IMG/VR virus record: IMGVR_UViG_3300032675_000009
Coordinates: 1-64,000 of that record
Strand: one strand, 5' to 3'
From: a virus
DNA: 64,000 nt
The position numbers and the translations under genes are program-made. The notes beneath the pieces were generated by a model, which did no database searches, had not been told where the DNA came from, and worked only from the letters and a program-made list of their open reading frames with translations. Shown here piece by piece: positions 9,105 to 17,560 of this stretch (its first letter is position 1; the number at the start of each line of letters is the position of its first letter).

Positions 9105-9392
9105 AATAGAAGAGTCCCCCGGCCAAGGGATAGTTGTACGGATTTCGGTCTGGGGCGGGTTACTCCAATTCCCCGCTCCCACCGAAGATTCCGGAATTGG
9201 AGAAAAACATGAAGACCAAAGAAGAGATAGAACGGCGTATTTTTTGAAGTTCTTGAACAATTGATGGACCTTGAAGAAGACCAGCGCCAAGGATTTCAGG
9301 GCGTTGAAATGCGGTCAATAATTTTCACTTTGAATTGGGTTATCGGCAAAGGGGGAAGGTAAATGCCCGTAATCCCGCTAGGAGGTTGAACT

Positions 9393-9812
9393 ATGAGCCC
9401 ACACGCATGGAGCGAACAGCAGAAAGACCGCGATCGGGAAGTTGGCGATACGATTTGCAGGGGCACTCGCATTGAAATCCTTCGCATGGTTCAGAGAGTG
9501 GAGGAGGACAGAGTAAATCTCTTGCGGGACATCGGCGGCTTGCGCGCATTAGAAACGCTTTTGCAAGATCGAGTGCGAGAACTGGAGGTTGCGCTTCGTT
9601 GTCTGTATGACAAGATAGAAGCGATTCGCAGCGACACCAGCTATCAAGCAATACTCACACTGGCAAAGGTTCACGGTCAAGATTACACCGGGCCGTCATG
9701 TGCACTTGAGATGGAGGTGGCAAAGGCCGTCCTGGGAGGGACAGCAGACTCTGCATCACTTCCAAAAGTGCTGGATGATGATAATCAAGAAGCCGCAGGC
9801 CGGAGCGCTTAG
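9393..9812 (+). CDS. hypothetical coiled-coil protein
   Basis: AGGAGG SD. Confidence 0.55.
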   Translation: MSPHAWSEQQKDRDREVGDTICRGTRIEILRMVQRVEEDRVNLLRDIGGLRALETLLQDRVRELEVALRCLYDKIEAIRSDTSYQAILTLAKVHGQDYTGPSCALEMEVAKAVLGGTADSASLPKVLDDDNQEAAGRSA

Positions 9813-10070
9813 CATGGCAAGGACCTTCAGTACGGCAAATGCTGAATTGTTGCTCAGCCTCAAAGAGTCAATCGCGGCTTGGAATTTTTCACGCTCAACC
9901 TGGAAATCATCACTCATGAGAGCCTCCTGTTCGAGCAGGGCAACTCGAGCTCTTAGATTTTCCACGGCGGCTAACCCCAGTACGGCTTGGTCAAGGCGCA
10001 TCTCGATCCGTAGGAGCCTGTCGGAATCGGCCTTGGTGAATTGGAGATTCACTTCATCATTAATGGACAT
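9756..10070 (-). CDS. holin-like / membrane-anchored coiled-coil protein
   Basis: Directly downstream of lysozyme; C-terminal TM segment. Confidence 0.5.
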   Translation of the reverse strand: MSINDEVNLQFTKADSDRLLRIEMRLDQAVLGLAAVENLRARVALLEQEALMSDDFQVEREKFQAAIDSLRLSNNSAFAVLKVLAMLSAPACGFLIIIIQHFWK

Positions 10071-10076
10071 CGAGGC

Positions 10077-10544
10077 TCAATCGTTACACTGCACGAGTTC
10101 ATACGGCGCCGGGTTTCCAAGAAACATGGACTGCTCCGCCTTGCGACGGTTCAAAAGCTCTTGTGATGTCACGCCGTTTACTTTGTCCCACCAGAGAATC
10201 GCTTCGGACGTGTCGGAACCAGGGCCTTGGAAATTATACCGCTTTAGAACCGTCGAACCTTTGAGAGCGCCGATGCCGATGTTGTACGCCAGTGAGCAAA
10301 ACGCATCAAATTCGCATTGCTTGACGTTCGGCCACGTCAGCCACTGATTCAGCGCGGTGACCACGGGTTGCACATCCTGAAGAAACAGCGCATCAGCCTG
10401 TTCCTGTGTAATGGTGTCGTTAGGGCGAACGTTGCCTACGTGTCCCCACCCGATAGTCCAAACTCCGCCGATGTCTTGGTAAGCATTAAGCCTGCAAGAC
10501 TCTTGCTGTTTGATAAAAAATATCCCCGCTTTAGATATTGTCAT
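10077..10544 (-). CDS. endolysin, GH24 lysozyme
   Basis: E-x8-D-x5-T triad (ESCRLNAYQDIGGVWTIGWGH), FDA..S.AYNIG, L..RR.AE..MF. Confidence 0.92.
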   Translation of the reverse strand: MTISKAGIFFIKQQESCRLNAYQDIGGVWTIGWGHVGNVRPNDTITQEQADALFLQDVQPVVTALNQWLTWPNVKQCEFDAFCSLAYNIGIGALKGSTVLKRYNFQGPGSDTSEAILWWDKVNGVTSQELLNRRKAEQSMFLGNPAPYELVQCND

Positions 10545-10757
10545 ACGTGTGACCATTCGAGAAATACGCAACTACAATGGAAGACTGGATTAGTAAACCT
10601 TCGCGGCGATAACCATCCGAGCAGAAAACTTAACGCTGAGGCGGTTCGGGAAATTCGCGCCAGCGAAGCGGGGAACTCGGAATTAGCAAAGCGCTTTGGT
10701 GTTTCCGATTCGCTGATATGCATGATTCGCCAGCGCAAGCGATGGGCATCTTCGTAG
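10540..10757 (+). pseudogene. HNH homing-endonuclease remnant (C-terminal DNA-binding part)
   Basis: CHTCD then GDNHPSRKLN..AVREIR...ELAKRFGVS.SLI..IR..KRW; nuclease core largely deleted. Confidence 0.6.
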
Positions 10758-10828
10758 GCCAAGAGTCGACAGCCCTCTTCTCCAAAGAGGAACGCCTTGC
10801 CTTCGGGTGAAAGGGATAATGTCATCAC
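10748..10828 (-). pseudogene. second, truncated lysozyme N-terminus
   Basis: LSPEGKAFLFGEEGCRLLAYED aligns with ISKAGIFFIKQQESCRLNAYQD. Confidence 0.6.
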
Positions 10829-11002
10829 GGGTATTCTAAAGCATCAATTCGATTCTACAAAGGGGAAACGTAGTGAAGCGTATGGGAGAGTTTCGTTTGG
10901 GGTTGGCTATCGAGGCGATCCTTGGATGTCTATTGGGCATCTGGATTGGCTCCATAATGTCGGTGGTTTTCGGTTCATGTAGGGTAGGTTAGAAAGGGAA
11001 GC

Positions 11003-11851
11003 ATGGCAGATAAGGTGTTGAAAATAGAAAGCATAACGGAATTACAAGAGTGTCAGGTTCGTGGTGGACTAAATCCGCGCCAAGTGGCCGAGTACCGAGA
11101 TTTAATTGACAGCGGGGTTGAGATGGACTCGATTGACGTTTTCTGCGACCCCACCGATTCATCCTCCCCCAACTGGGTGAGCGATGGGTTTCACCGGCTC
11201 GCTGCGTACAAGCAGGCCGGCCGCGACCGAATCCCCTGCCAGATCCACGAAGGAAACCTGAGCGCGGCACTGGAGTTCGCCCTCAGTAAAAACTCTCGCC
11301 ATGGCGCCGCAGTGACCAACGCCCAGAAGCGGCAGATGGTGAAAATGGCGCTTGCCGATACGCGGATCCGGAGACTGTCGGACAAGCGCATAGCTCGAAT
11401 GTGCGGGGTATCGGCCTCGTTCGTTGGACAGATGCGTTCAGGAAAAGCGGACAAGCCGGCCAAAGAGCGCCAGGCAAAATCTGGAAATCCCCAGGCACCC
11501 AGTTCCGAGCCGGTTCGCCGAGAAGACCCGGAGCCCCGGGTAGCGGCAGAACCGGCGACCAAGCCGGTTGTCACTCAGGAACGAAACCCGGCGGTGGCGC
11601 CGACCAAGGTCGAAACACTTGACGAGAAAATGAAGACGATCACGGATTGGATCAAGGCCGGCTATATCGACCTCCCGGCGATTGTTTCGGCCGCCGAGAC
11701 CAAGAAGCATCGCTTGGTCATTGTGCCCAAGAAGGATCTGATGCTTGTAATAGCGGCGGAGGGAGTCGAGGTGCGCCAGTACCCGCTGGCAAAGCTGGAA
11801 ATGGTCGACGGTAAAATTCAAGTGGAACTAAAGGAAGGAACGGTAATCTAG
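11003..11851 (+). CDS. ParB N-terminal (ParB/Srx) domain + HTH protein
   Basis: DGFHRLAA motif, N..HG....NA.KR, HTH LSDKRIARMCGVSASFV; Pro-rich linker and C-terminal domain. Confidence 0.75.
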   Translation: MADKVLKIESITELQECQVRGGLNPRQVAEYRDLIDSGVEMDSIDVFCDPTDSSSPNWVSDGFHRLAAYKQAGRDRIPCQIHEGNLSAALEFALSKNSRHGAAVTNAQKRQMVKMALADTRIRRLSDKRIARMCGVSASFVGQMRSGKADKPAKERQAKSGNPQAPSSEPVRREDPEPRVAAEPATKPVVTQERNPAVAPTKVETLDEKMKTITDWIKAGYIDLPAIVSAAETKKHRLVIVPKKDLMLVIAAEGVEVRQYPLAKLEMVDGKIQVELKEGTVI

Positions 11852-11852
11852 C

Positions 11853-12119
11853 GTGAGTAAAGAATACGAAGATATCAGCATGGCAACCGCCGAGCAGTTT
11901 GCTGAATTGTCACAGCAGTTCAAGGAAGACCAATTTGCCTATATCCAAAAAAGGCACTTGGCAGAACTATTCGACAACATGTCGACTATCCTTCGAGAGC
12001 AAACTGCAGTGACAAATAAGATTTTGGATCTCCAGGATCGAATGCTGGCAATCCTAGAGGGGCCGGCCGAACAGGAGGACCAAGCGGCGTCCGCCTCGAT
12101 CAAAGATACCGCTAGTTGA
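11853..12119 (+). CDS. hypothetical coiled-coil protein
   Basis: Directly follows the ParB-like gene. Confidence 0.55.
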   Translation: MSKEYEDISMATAEQFAELSQQFKEDQFAYIQKRHLAELFDNMSTILREQTAVTNKILDLQDRMLAILEGPAEQEDQAASASIKDTAS

Positions 12120-12144
12120 CTCCAAGTCCGAATTCGGACATTAT
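12116..12144 (+). promoter_or_regulatory. promoter with the 16-bp palindrome filling its spacer
   Basis: TTGACT-N17-CATTAT; AGTCCGAATTCGGACA at 12125-12140. Confidence 0.5.
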
Positions 12145-12179
12145 AACCGTGTGGGAGTGACCGTCCCTCACTTTCACTA

Positions 12180-12230
12180 ATAGCCAGTGGCGAGAAGGAC
12201 AAGTCCGGACCTCGCGCTGGCTATTTTTTT
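12180..12230 (+). terminator. intrinsic terminator
   Basis: tagccag..gcgag...ctcgc.ctggcta followed by T7. Confidence 0.65.
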
Positions 12231-12426
12231 ACCTTCGGCGCTGTCGTCATGACCAACATGTCGATCGCCCGGCCAAGGTTACTACACCCCATCGCCTCGA
12301 GGGCCTGCTTGGTAGATGGAAGGACTCGACCCCACACCCCCACGCGTCGTTCAGTATCGGGCAGTTTTTTCTTCGGCATACCCTACATCATACTCGATTC
12401 CGTTGACGGCGTGCTATTCTAACCGC

Positions 12427-12981
12427 ATGAACACAATCGTTCTTGCGGTTGCCGTCACGGTAGTATCCATGGTGGTCCTACTGGTGACTGCAGTTGCTGC
12501 GTATGCTGCGTTTAAATTATTCCGAGAGGTGGCCAAGGCATCGGAAACGCTTCAGGCAAGCGGACTAGCACACCGAAATGCAACCCTCGATATAGCCTCC
12601 GCTTTCTTGGGGATGGCCGATAAGCTAGCGGCCCTAGATGAAACCGTAAAGACGCTGGCCGAGGCCGTCAATGGATTTCCTGCCGACATGCAAGAAGCCA
12701 AAGAAGCGCTTCTGTGTCTTCCGGAATTCGCCAAGGGGTTGACTCAGTTCACCAAGGATGAGGTGGATGCACTGCGCTCGATGACCACATCGATCGACAA
12801 GTTCCGGGCGATCGCATTCAGTGGCGGCGGAGACGGCGTGATGGAGTATGACGAAACCAAAGCGGCGTTCGATGACGAAGTATTTGCCGTGATGGAAAGC
12901 GCCAACTGCGACCAAGAAGAGGCCGAGGCACGGGTAAAGCAAAACCGGTTGTACCGGAACATGAAAATCACGAGAGGCTAA
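12427..12981 (+). CDS. membrane-anchored coiled-coil protein
   Basis: N-terminal TM helix; likely start MNTIV. Confidence 0.6.
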   Translation: MNTIVLAVAVTVVSMVVLLVTAVAAYAAFKLFREVAKASETLQASGLAHRNATLDIASAFLGMADKLAALDETVKTLAEAVNGFPADMQEAKEALLCLPEFAKGLTQFTKDEVDALRSMTTSIDKFRAIAFSGGGDGVMEYDETKAAFDDEVFAVMESANCDQEEAEARVKQNRLYRNMKITRG

Positions 12982-12983
12982 TC

Positions 12984-13682
12984 ATGACGAGATCCAAAAT
13001 GGAAGCGGCCATTCGGGCGGGCCTAAAGAAGTCCGAAGGCATGGAGCCTAGCGCCAGGGCAGGGAAGATCGCAGACGTGATCGAGTTGGCCCTGGAGATG
13101 GACTCGGAGGATTCACCGGCCGCCCCTGCACCGACACCCATATCAGCCGCTCCTCGCCCGGTATTACCGCCGGCGCCGCGAGCCGTTGCTCCGATTGCAA
13201 TTAGCTCAATCGAGCAATCCGACATCAGTGAGCCCTGGGATGACGACGAAATTCCAGCTTCACCCGTAGCGACTGACGAACCCGAGCGCGAGTACTGGAC
13301 GGTGGAAAAGCTTGTGTCGGAAATTAGCGCAAAGGCCCCGGTCACTTTTGTACTCGAAGTCGAGGTTGAGGGGGAGATCAAGAAGATCAAGCTTGCTCGC
13401 AATGTCGTAGCGGACTACGGGCTAAAGGCCGTCAAGCTATGCTATGCCGAACCTCGGTACGCGGATCTTGAGGCCAAGGTTCTTATCTTCACCACCACTC
13501 GGGTGATCGCGATAGACACGTTCATGGAGGAGATCCACCGCCAAGCGAAAGGGATTTACCGGCCGCGCCAGCGGCACATCGAGAGCAACACCCCCCGGCC
13601 GCCGGCAACCCTACGCTTAGAGGATGCCATGTACGGTGGCAAGACAGAGCCCAGCGAAGAAGAAAAACGCCGCTTGGGTTGA
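12984..13682 (+). CDS. hypothetical protein
   Basis: 232 aa, GAGG SD. Confidence 0.65.
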   Translation: MTRSKMEAAIRAGLKKSEGMEPSARAGKIADVIELALEMDSEDSPAAPAPTPISAAPRPVLPPAPRAVAPIAISSIEQSDISEPWDDDEIPASPVATDEPEREYWTVEKLVSEISAKAPVTFVLEVEVEGEIKKIKLARNVVADYGLKAVKLCYAEPRYADLEAKVLIFTTTRVIAIDTFMEEIHRQAKGIYRPRQRHIESNTPRPPATLRLEDAMYGGKTEPSEEEKRRLG

Positions 13683-13735
13683 GGTCCTCACTAGTTTAGA
13701 ATAGTTGCCGACCGGGACTACCGGAAGGAGCAACT

Positions 13736-14092
13736 ATGCCAGATCTCGCAATCAACCCATTCGGCTTGGGTAAAGTGGCAGTACCCACGCCGGGTTCGCC
13801 GGTTTCGCTACTCGTCAACTACTCATCCTTCACAGGAAACGCAGACAACACCAAAGACCTGTTCGCCAACAAGTGGACGGTTCAGGCGAATGCGAACAAC
13901 AAGGGACCGATCTACATTGGCGCCTTGAGCATGGTGCGCTCCACGCTGGTGAACGTGATCGGCATTGTTCAGCCAGGTCAGTCCTGGACGTGGCAGCACG
14001 ATGTTGGCATGAACAAGTACCACATTGGCGACTACTATCTGGATGCGGACAATGCCAACGACTGGGGTTTGCCCGTGGTGGATGTGTGCTAG
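13736..14092 (+). CDS. small beta-rich protein (possibly structural)
   Basis: AAGGAG SD; VQA...N.G.IYIG motif. Confidence 0.65.
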   Translation: MPDLAINPFGLGKVAVPTPGSPVSLLVNYSSFTGNADNTKDLFANKWTVQANANNKGPIYIGALSMVRSTLVNVIGIVQPGQSWTWQHDVGMNKYHIGDYYLDADNANDWGLPVVDVC

Positions 14093-14094
14093 CC

Positions 14095-16248
14095 ATGCGA
14101 ACACTCATCCTGTTGTTACTCGCGAATGGTGTAGTCTTTGGGCAAGGCGGTCCGAGCGGGCCGGGGCCAGTTCCGTTTCAGTTCCGCGTAGTGTCGACCG
14201 ATCCGAGCGGCACGTGCTCGAACGCTTCCCTGCCATACTTCTCGACCCAGGCGGGAACGGGTGGACCGTTCTTTGGATGTGGCAATGGAACGATAGCAAA
14301 GATTGGGCAGGGTGGCACTGTTACGGCGATCACGGGCACCGGTCCCATCACGGCGACAGGAACAACCAGCGTTACCATCGCCTGCCCCACCTGTGTAACC
14401 TGGACCAACTACGCGGTGACCATCGCGAACGGCGGCAGCGGTGCCATCACCATGACCACGCCGAGCACGTCATTCACAGCGGCGCGGGCAGATGCGGGGC
14501 AGACGTTTACGGGTTCTCAAACTTTCAGCAGTCAGATTCTTGGACAAGGAGGGTTTAACGACGCGACCGGGCAAACAGCAATCAGCGGAACTAACTACAG
14601 CAGTGCGGGGTATATCGCGCAAGGTTCCTACTACAACGGGTCCGCTGGCGCAAACGACGTCTGGACGATAAAAAACGTCCTCAGTACAGGCACCAATCCG
14701 ACCAGTACGCTGACGTTCTCGCATAGCGGGAGTAGTGGGACGAGCACGGTATCACTGCCGGGATTGACGATTGCGGGTGGCGCTCAAATCATAACTGGCT
14801 CAACAGCGACAGATTCGGCGTCGCTTGGTGCTGAGCTAACTACATCTGGAGGGACCACTTCCACTGGATGGACTGGAACCTTCCCGACATTCACAAATGG
14901 AGCCTCAAATACTTCGCCGCTAACATATACCATTTCAGGTATTGGGTCTGGGCAGTTATATCAACTTGTTTTTACGCTTTCATCCGTAACTGGCGGCACG
15001 GTGGATGTGAGTATCGGGGGAACGGACCTGGGTAATTACGGATCGAATGGAACGACCACCATCGGACCCAAAACGGTAAGCTCAGCGGCTTTAATAGTCA
15101 CCCCGACATCGTCGTTCGCTGGAACCTTCACGATCTCCGTAAAGCGGATAACCGCCATTCCAAGTTACTACCTGACTTTAACCGACAGCACTGGCGCAGT
15201 GTCGTTACAGGTTGGACAATACTTGGCATCGCTGAATAATTCATCGGTTGGCCGCAACGCACTCCTGAACAACACAACCGGAAACCAAAACTCCGCACAG
15301 GGAGTAAGCGCACTCCAGAACAACACAACCGGAGTCCAAAACTCCGCACAGGGAGTAGCCGCACTCCTCAGCAACACAACCGGAAGCCTAAACTCCGCAC
15401 AGGGAGTAAGCGCACTCCAGAACAACACAACCGGAAGCCAAAACTCCGCACAGGGAGTAGCCGCACTCCTGAACAACACAACCGGAAACCAAAACTCCGC
15501 ACAGGGAGTAAGCGCACTCCTCAGCAACACAACCGGAAGCCTAAACTCCGCACAGGGAGTAAGCGCACTCCAGAACAACACAACCGGAGTCCAAAACTCC
15601 GCACAGGGAGTAGCCGCACTCCAGAGCAACACAACCGGAAGCCTAAACTCCGCACAGGGAGTAAGCGCACTCCAGAACAACACAACCGGAGCCCAAAACT
15701 CCGCACAGGGAGCAGCCGCACTCCAGAGCAACACAACCGGAAGCCTAAACTCCGCACAGGGATATCAGGCTGGATACGGCACTTCTGCTACGAACGCTAA
15801 CACCACAGGCAGCAATAACACTTTTGTCGGTTCCTACTCTGCACCAGGATCTTCGACACAGCAGACGTACATGACGGTAATCGGTTCCAGCGCAACTGCA
15901 TCATGCAATTCGTGTGTACAGCTGGGGAGGGCGCAGGATATTACCTACTCGGCAGGGTATGCCTCTAGCGGAACCAAATTTACAATTTCTGGATGTTCCG
16001 CCGGGACTACGGTTGGTGGGGCAACGGCCGGAAGTTTCTCCAGCGGCACTACAGGAACATGCACAGTTACGGTGACTATGGACGGAGCAACTGGATTGAC
16101 CGCACCGAATGGATGGTCTTGTTGGGCATCAGACACAACGACGACGGCGGACACGATCCTTATGACCGCATCAACGACCACCACTGCTACGTTTTCTGGC
16201 ACTACGGTATCGGGGGACGTTATTAAGTTTGGATGTGTGGGTTACTGA
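14095..16248 (+). CDS. fibre/adhesin-like protein with signal peptide and 17-aa beta-solenoid repeats
   Basis: Start MRTLILLLLANGVVFG|Q; Thr/Gly/Ser-rich; 10 x AL.xNTTGxxNSAQG. Confidence 0.75.
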   Translation: MRTLILLLLANGVVFGQGGPSGPGPVPFQFRVVSTDPSGTCSNASLPYFSTQAGTGGPFFGCGNGTIAKIGQGGTVTAITGTGPITATGTTSVTIACPTCVTWTNYAVTIANGGSGAITMTTPSTSFTAARADAGQTFTGSQTFSSQILGQGGFNDATGQTAISGTNYSSAGYIAQGSYYNGSAGANDVWTIKNVLSTGTNPTSTLTFSHSGSSGTSTVSLPGLTIAGGAQIITGSTATDSASLGAELTTSGGTTSTGWTGTFPTFTNGASNTSPLTYTISGIGSGQLYQLVFTLSSVTGGTVDVSIGGTDLGNYGSNGTTTIGPKTVSSAALIVTPTSSFAGTFTISVKRITAIPSYYLTLTDSTGAVSLQVGQYLASLNNSSVGRNALLNNTTGNQNSAQGVSALQNNTTGVQNSAQGVAALLSNTTGSLNSAQGVSALQNNTTGSQNSAQGVAALLNNTTGNQNSAQGVSALLSNTTGSLNSAQGVSALQNNTTGVQNSAQGVAALQSNTTGSLNSAQGVSALQNNTTGAQNSAQGAAALQSNTTGSLNSAQGYQAGYGTSATNANTTGSNNTFVGSYSAPGSSTQQTYMTVIGSSATASCNSCVQLGRAQDITYSAGYASSGTKFTISGCSAGTTVGGATAGSFSSGTTGTCTVTVTMDGATGLTAPNGWSCWASDTTTTADTILMTASTTTTATFSGTTVSGDVIKFGCVGY
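15259..15768 (+). repeat. 10 x 51-bp tandem repeat (coding)
   Basis: gcactcc..aacacaaccgga...aaactccgcacaggga unit, near identical. Confidence 0.9.
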
Positions 16249-16754
16249 ACCATCGCCCGAAGCCGCGCAATGGCCCTGGCGTGGATCTGAGAAACGTGGT
16301 TCCAGCCGTACTTGGTCCGGTAGCCAAGAGCATGTGCGGTTTCTTTGAGCGATAGACCTTCACAGAACCTAGCGCGTACCACAGCCAATTCCAGCGGGAG
16401 AAGCTCCTCTGCGGCCATCGCCCAAAAAGCGGGGTACTCAAACGGCTCCTCGCACCTTCGGCTCATGGCGTGACGGAACATCACGCGGGTTTCCAGACGC
16501 TCAGCGAAGCCCACTTCACGCCCTGCACGTCTCGCCCAGTCCATGCGCCTGAGTCCGTCCCTGATTGCGCCATGGACCCGCTGACCGGCATAAGCGTTGA
16601 ACGGCACGCCTGAGGAAACATCGTACTTGTTCGCCGCTTCAACGAGCCCGACCATGCCATCACTGATCAAGTCCTCTTTGTCCCAAATGCGCCAATAGTG
16701 GCGCTTGACGATAGCGTAAACGATGGCGAAGTCTTGCTCGGTCAGGGCGTGCAT
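16242..16754 (-). CDS. sigma-70 family factor, FliA/WhiG-like, regions 2 and 4 only
   Basis: EDLISDGMVGLVEAANKYD..GVPF.AYA.QRV.GAIRDGLRRMDW; EGLSLKE.A..LG...VSQIH.RA..RLR. Confidence 0.85.
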   Translation of the reverse strand: MHALTEQDFAIVYAIVKRHYWRIWDKEDLISDGMVGLVEAANKYDVSSGVPFNAYAGQRVHGAIRDGLRRMDWARRAGREVGFAERLETRVMFRHAMSRRCEEPFEYPAFWAMAAEELLPLELAVVRARFCEGLSLKETAHALGYRTKYGWNHVSQIHARAIARLRAMVQ

Positions 16755-16756
16755 GG

Positions 16757-17029
16757 CTACGGTTTAGGAGCATCCTTCGGCGTGACACACCGGATATCCA
16801 CAGGAACGCCGTTTGGCCCGGCGACCGCTTCAATCTCCCCCCCGCATTGCTTCTTCGCTTCGGCAATCGCAGCGTCCAGCGCGGCCTGAAGCTTGGTCCG
16901 TAGCACCTCATTTCTCGCGAGATTGGCATCGGCCATCGCGATGGCCAGCCTCGCTTCAGGTGTCAACTTCGGCGCGTCTTTGAGTTTGTCCTGGGCGAGC
17001 CCAATCAACAGCATCGTTTCAATTAGCAT
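16757..17029 (-). CDS. small exported coiled-coil protein
   Basis: AGGTGGAG SD; MLIETMLLIGLA|Q signal-like start. Confidence 0.55.
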   Translation of the reverse strand: MLIETMLLIGLAQDKLKDAPKLTPEARLAIAMADANLARNEVLRTKLQAALDAAIAEAKKQCGGEIEAVAGPNGVPVDIRCVTPKDAPKP

Positions 17030-17110
17030 TGCGTCTCCACCTAGGAGACTACACCAATCCGTTGACTAATTACAAGTGAACACATATCGGTGTTGCGCTA
17101 GAATATCAAC

Positions 17111-17551
17111 GTGCCGATCAAGAGAAAGCGCGGGCCGCGCGTAGTCATTATGCCGCCAGCCGGTGGACCACCCCCAACCGATCCGCCGCCGGAAGAACCT
17201 AAGGCCCCGGCGCGCGTCCCGCCGAAAGTCACCCTCGCCAAACTTCCCGAGATGCGGCGTCCGAGTTCCAAAGGGCTCTCCAAGCTGACAGAGGCCGTAG
17301 TCAATGGCTACGGCAAGGCTGTTCTAACCGAGTTCTTCCAAAGCCTACTCGAGGGCGTCACGGCCGGAGATGTACCGACCATGCGAATGGCTGGAGAAGC
17401 TTACGGCATTTTGCAAGGCAAGGGCGGGTTTGTCATCAACAACACAGTGCAGAACAACAACGCGACAGTCAACGTGGGCAGTAACCGCAAGTTCGACAAC
17501 TTGGTTCGCATGATCGAGCAGGAAGAAAAAACCGGCGCAATCGACGTGTAG
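17111..17551 (+). CDS. putative terminase small subunit
   Basis: Position directly upstream of TerL; NNTVQNNN tail; no definitive motif. Confidence 0.45.
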   Translation: MPIKRKRGPRVVIMPPAGGPPPTDPPPEEPKAPARVPPKVTLAKLPEMRRPSSKGLSKLTEAVVNGYGKAVLTEFFQSLLEGVTAGDVPTMRMAGEAYGILQGKGGFVINNTVQNNNATVNVGSNRKFDNLVRMIEQEEKTGAIDV

Positions 17552-17560
17552 GGTGAATCC

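Noticed and set aside
8797-9290. RS-rich and AG-rich minus-strand ORFs
   Set aside because: By-products of the microsatellite; the surrounding operon is on the + strand.
13873-14094. Upstream extensions of ORF-track starts (13873, also 31590 and 46004)
   Set aside because: They overlap real upstream genes; better starts are at 14095, 31809 and 46040.
15259-15768. DGR-like variation (AAC/AGC/GTC/GCC at one codon)
   Set aside because: No reverse transcriptase or separate template repeat in the window, and many AAC codons are invariant.
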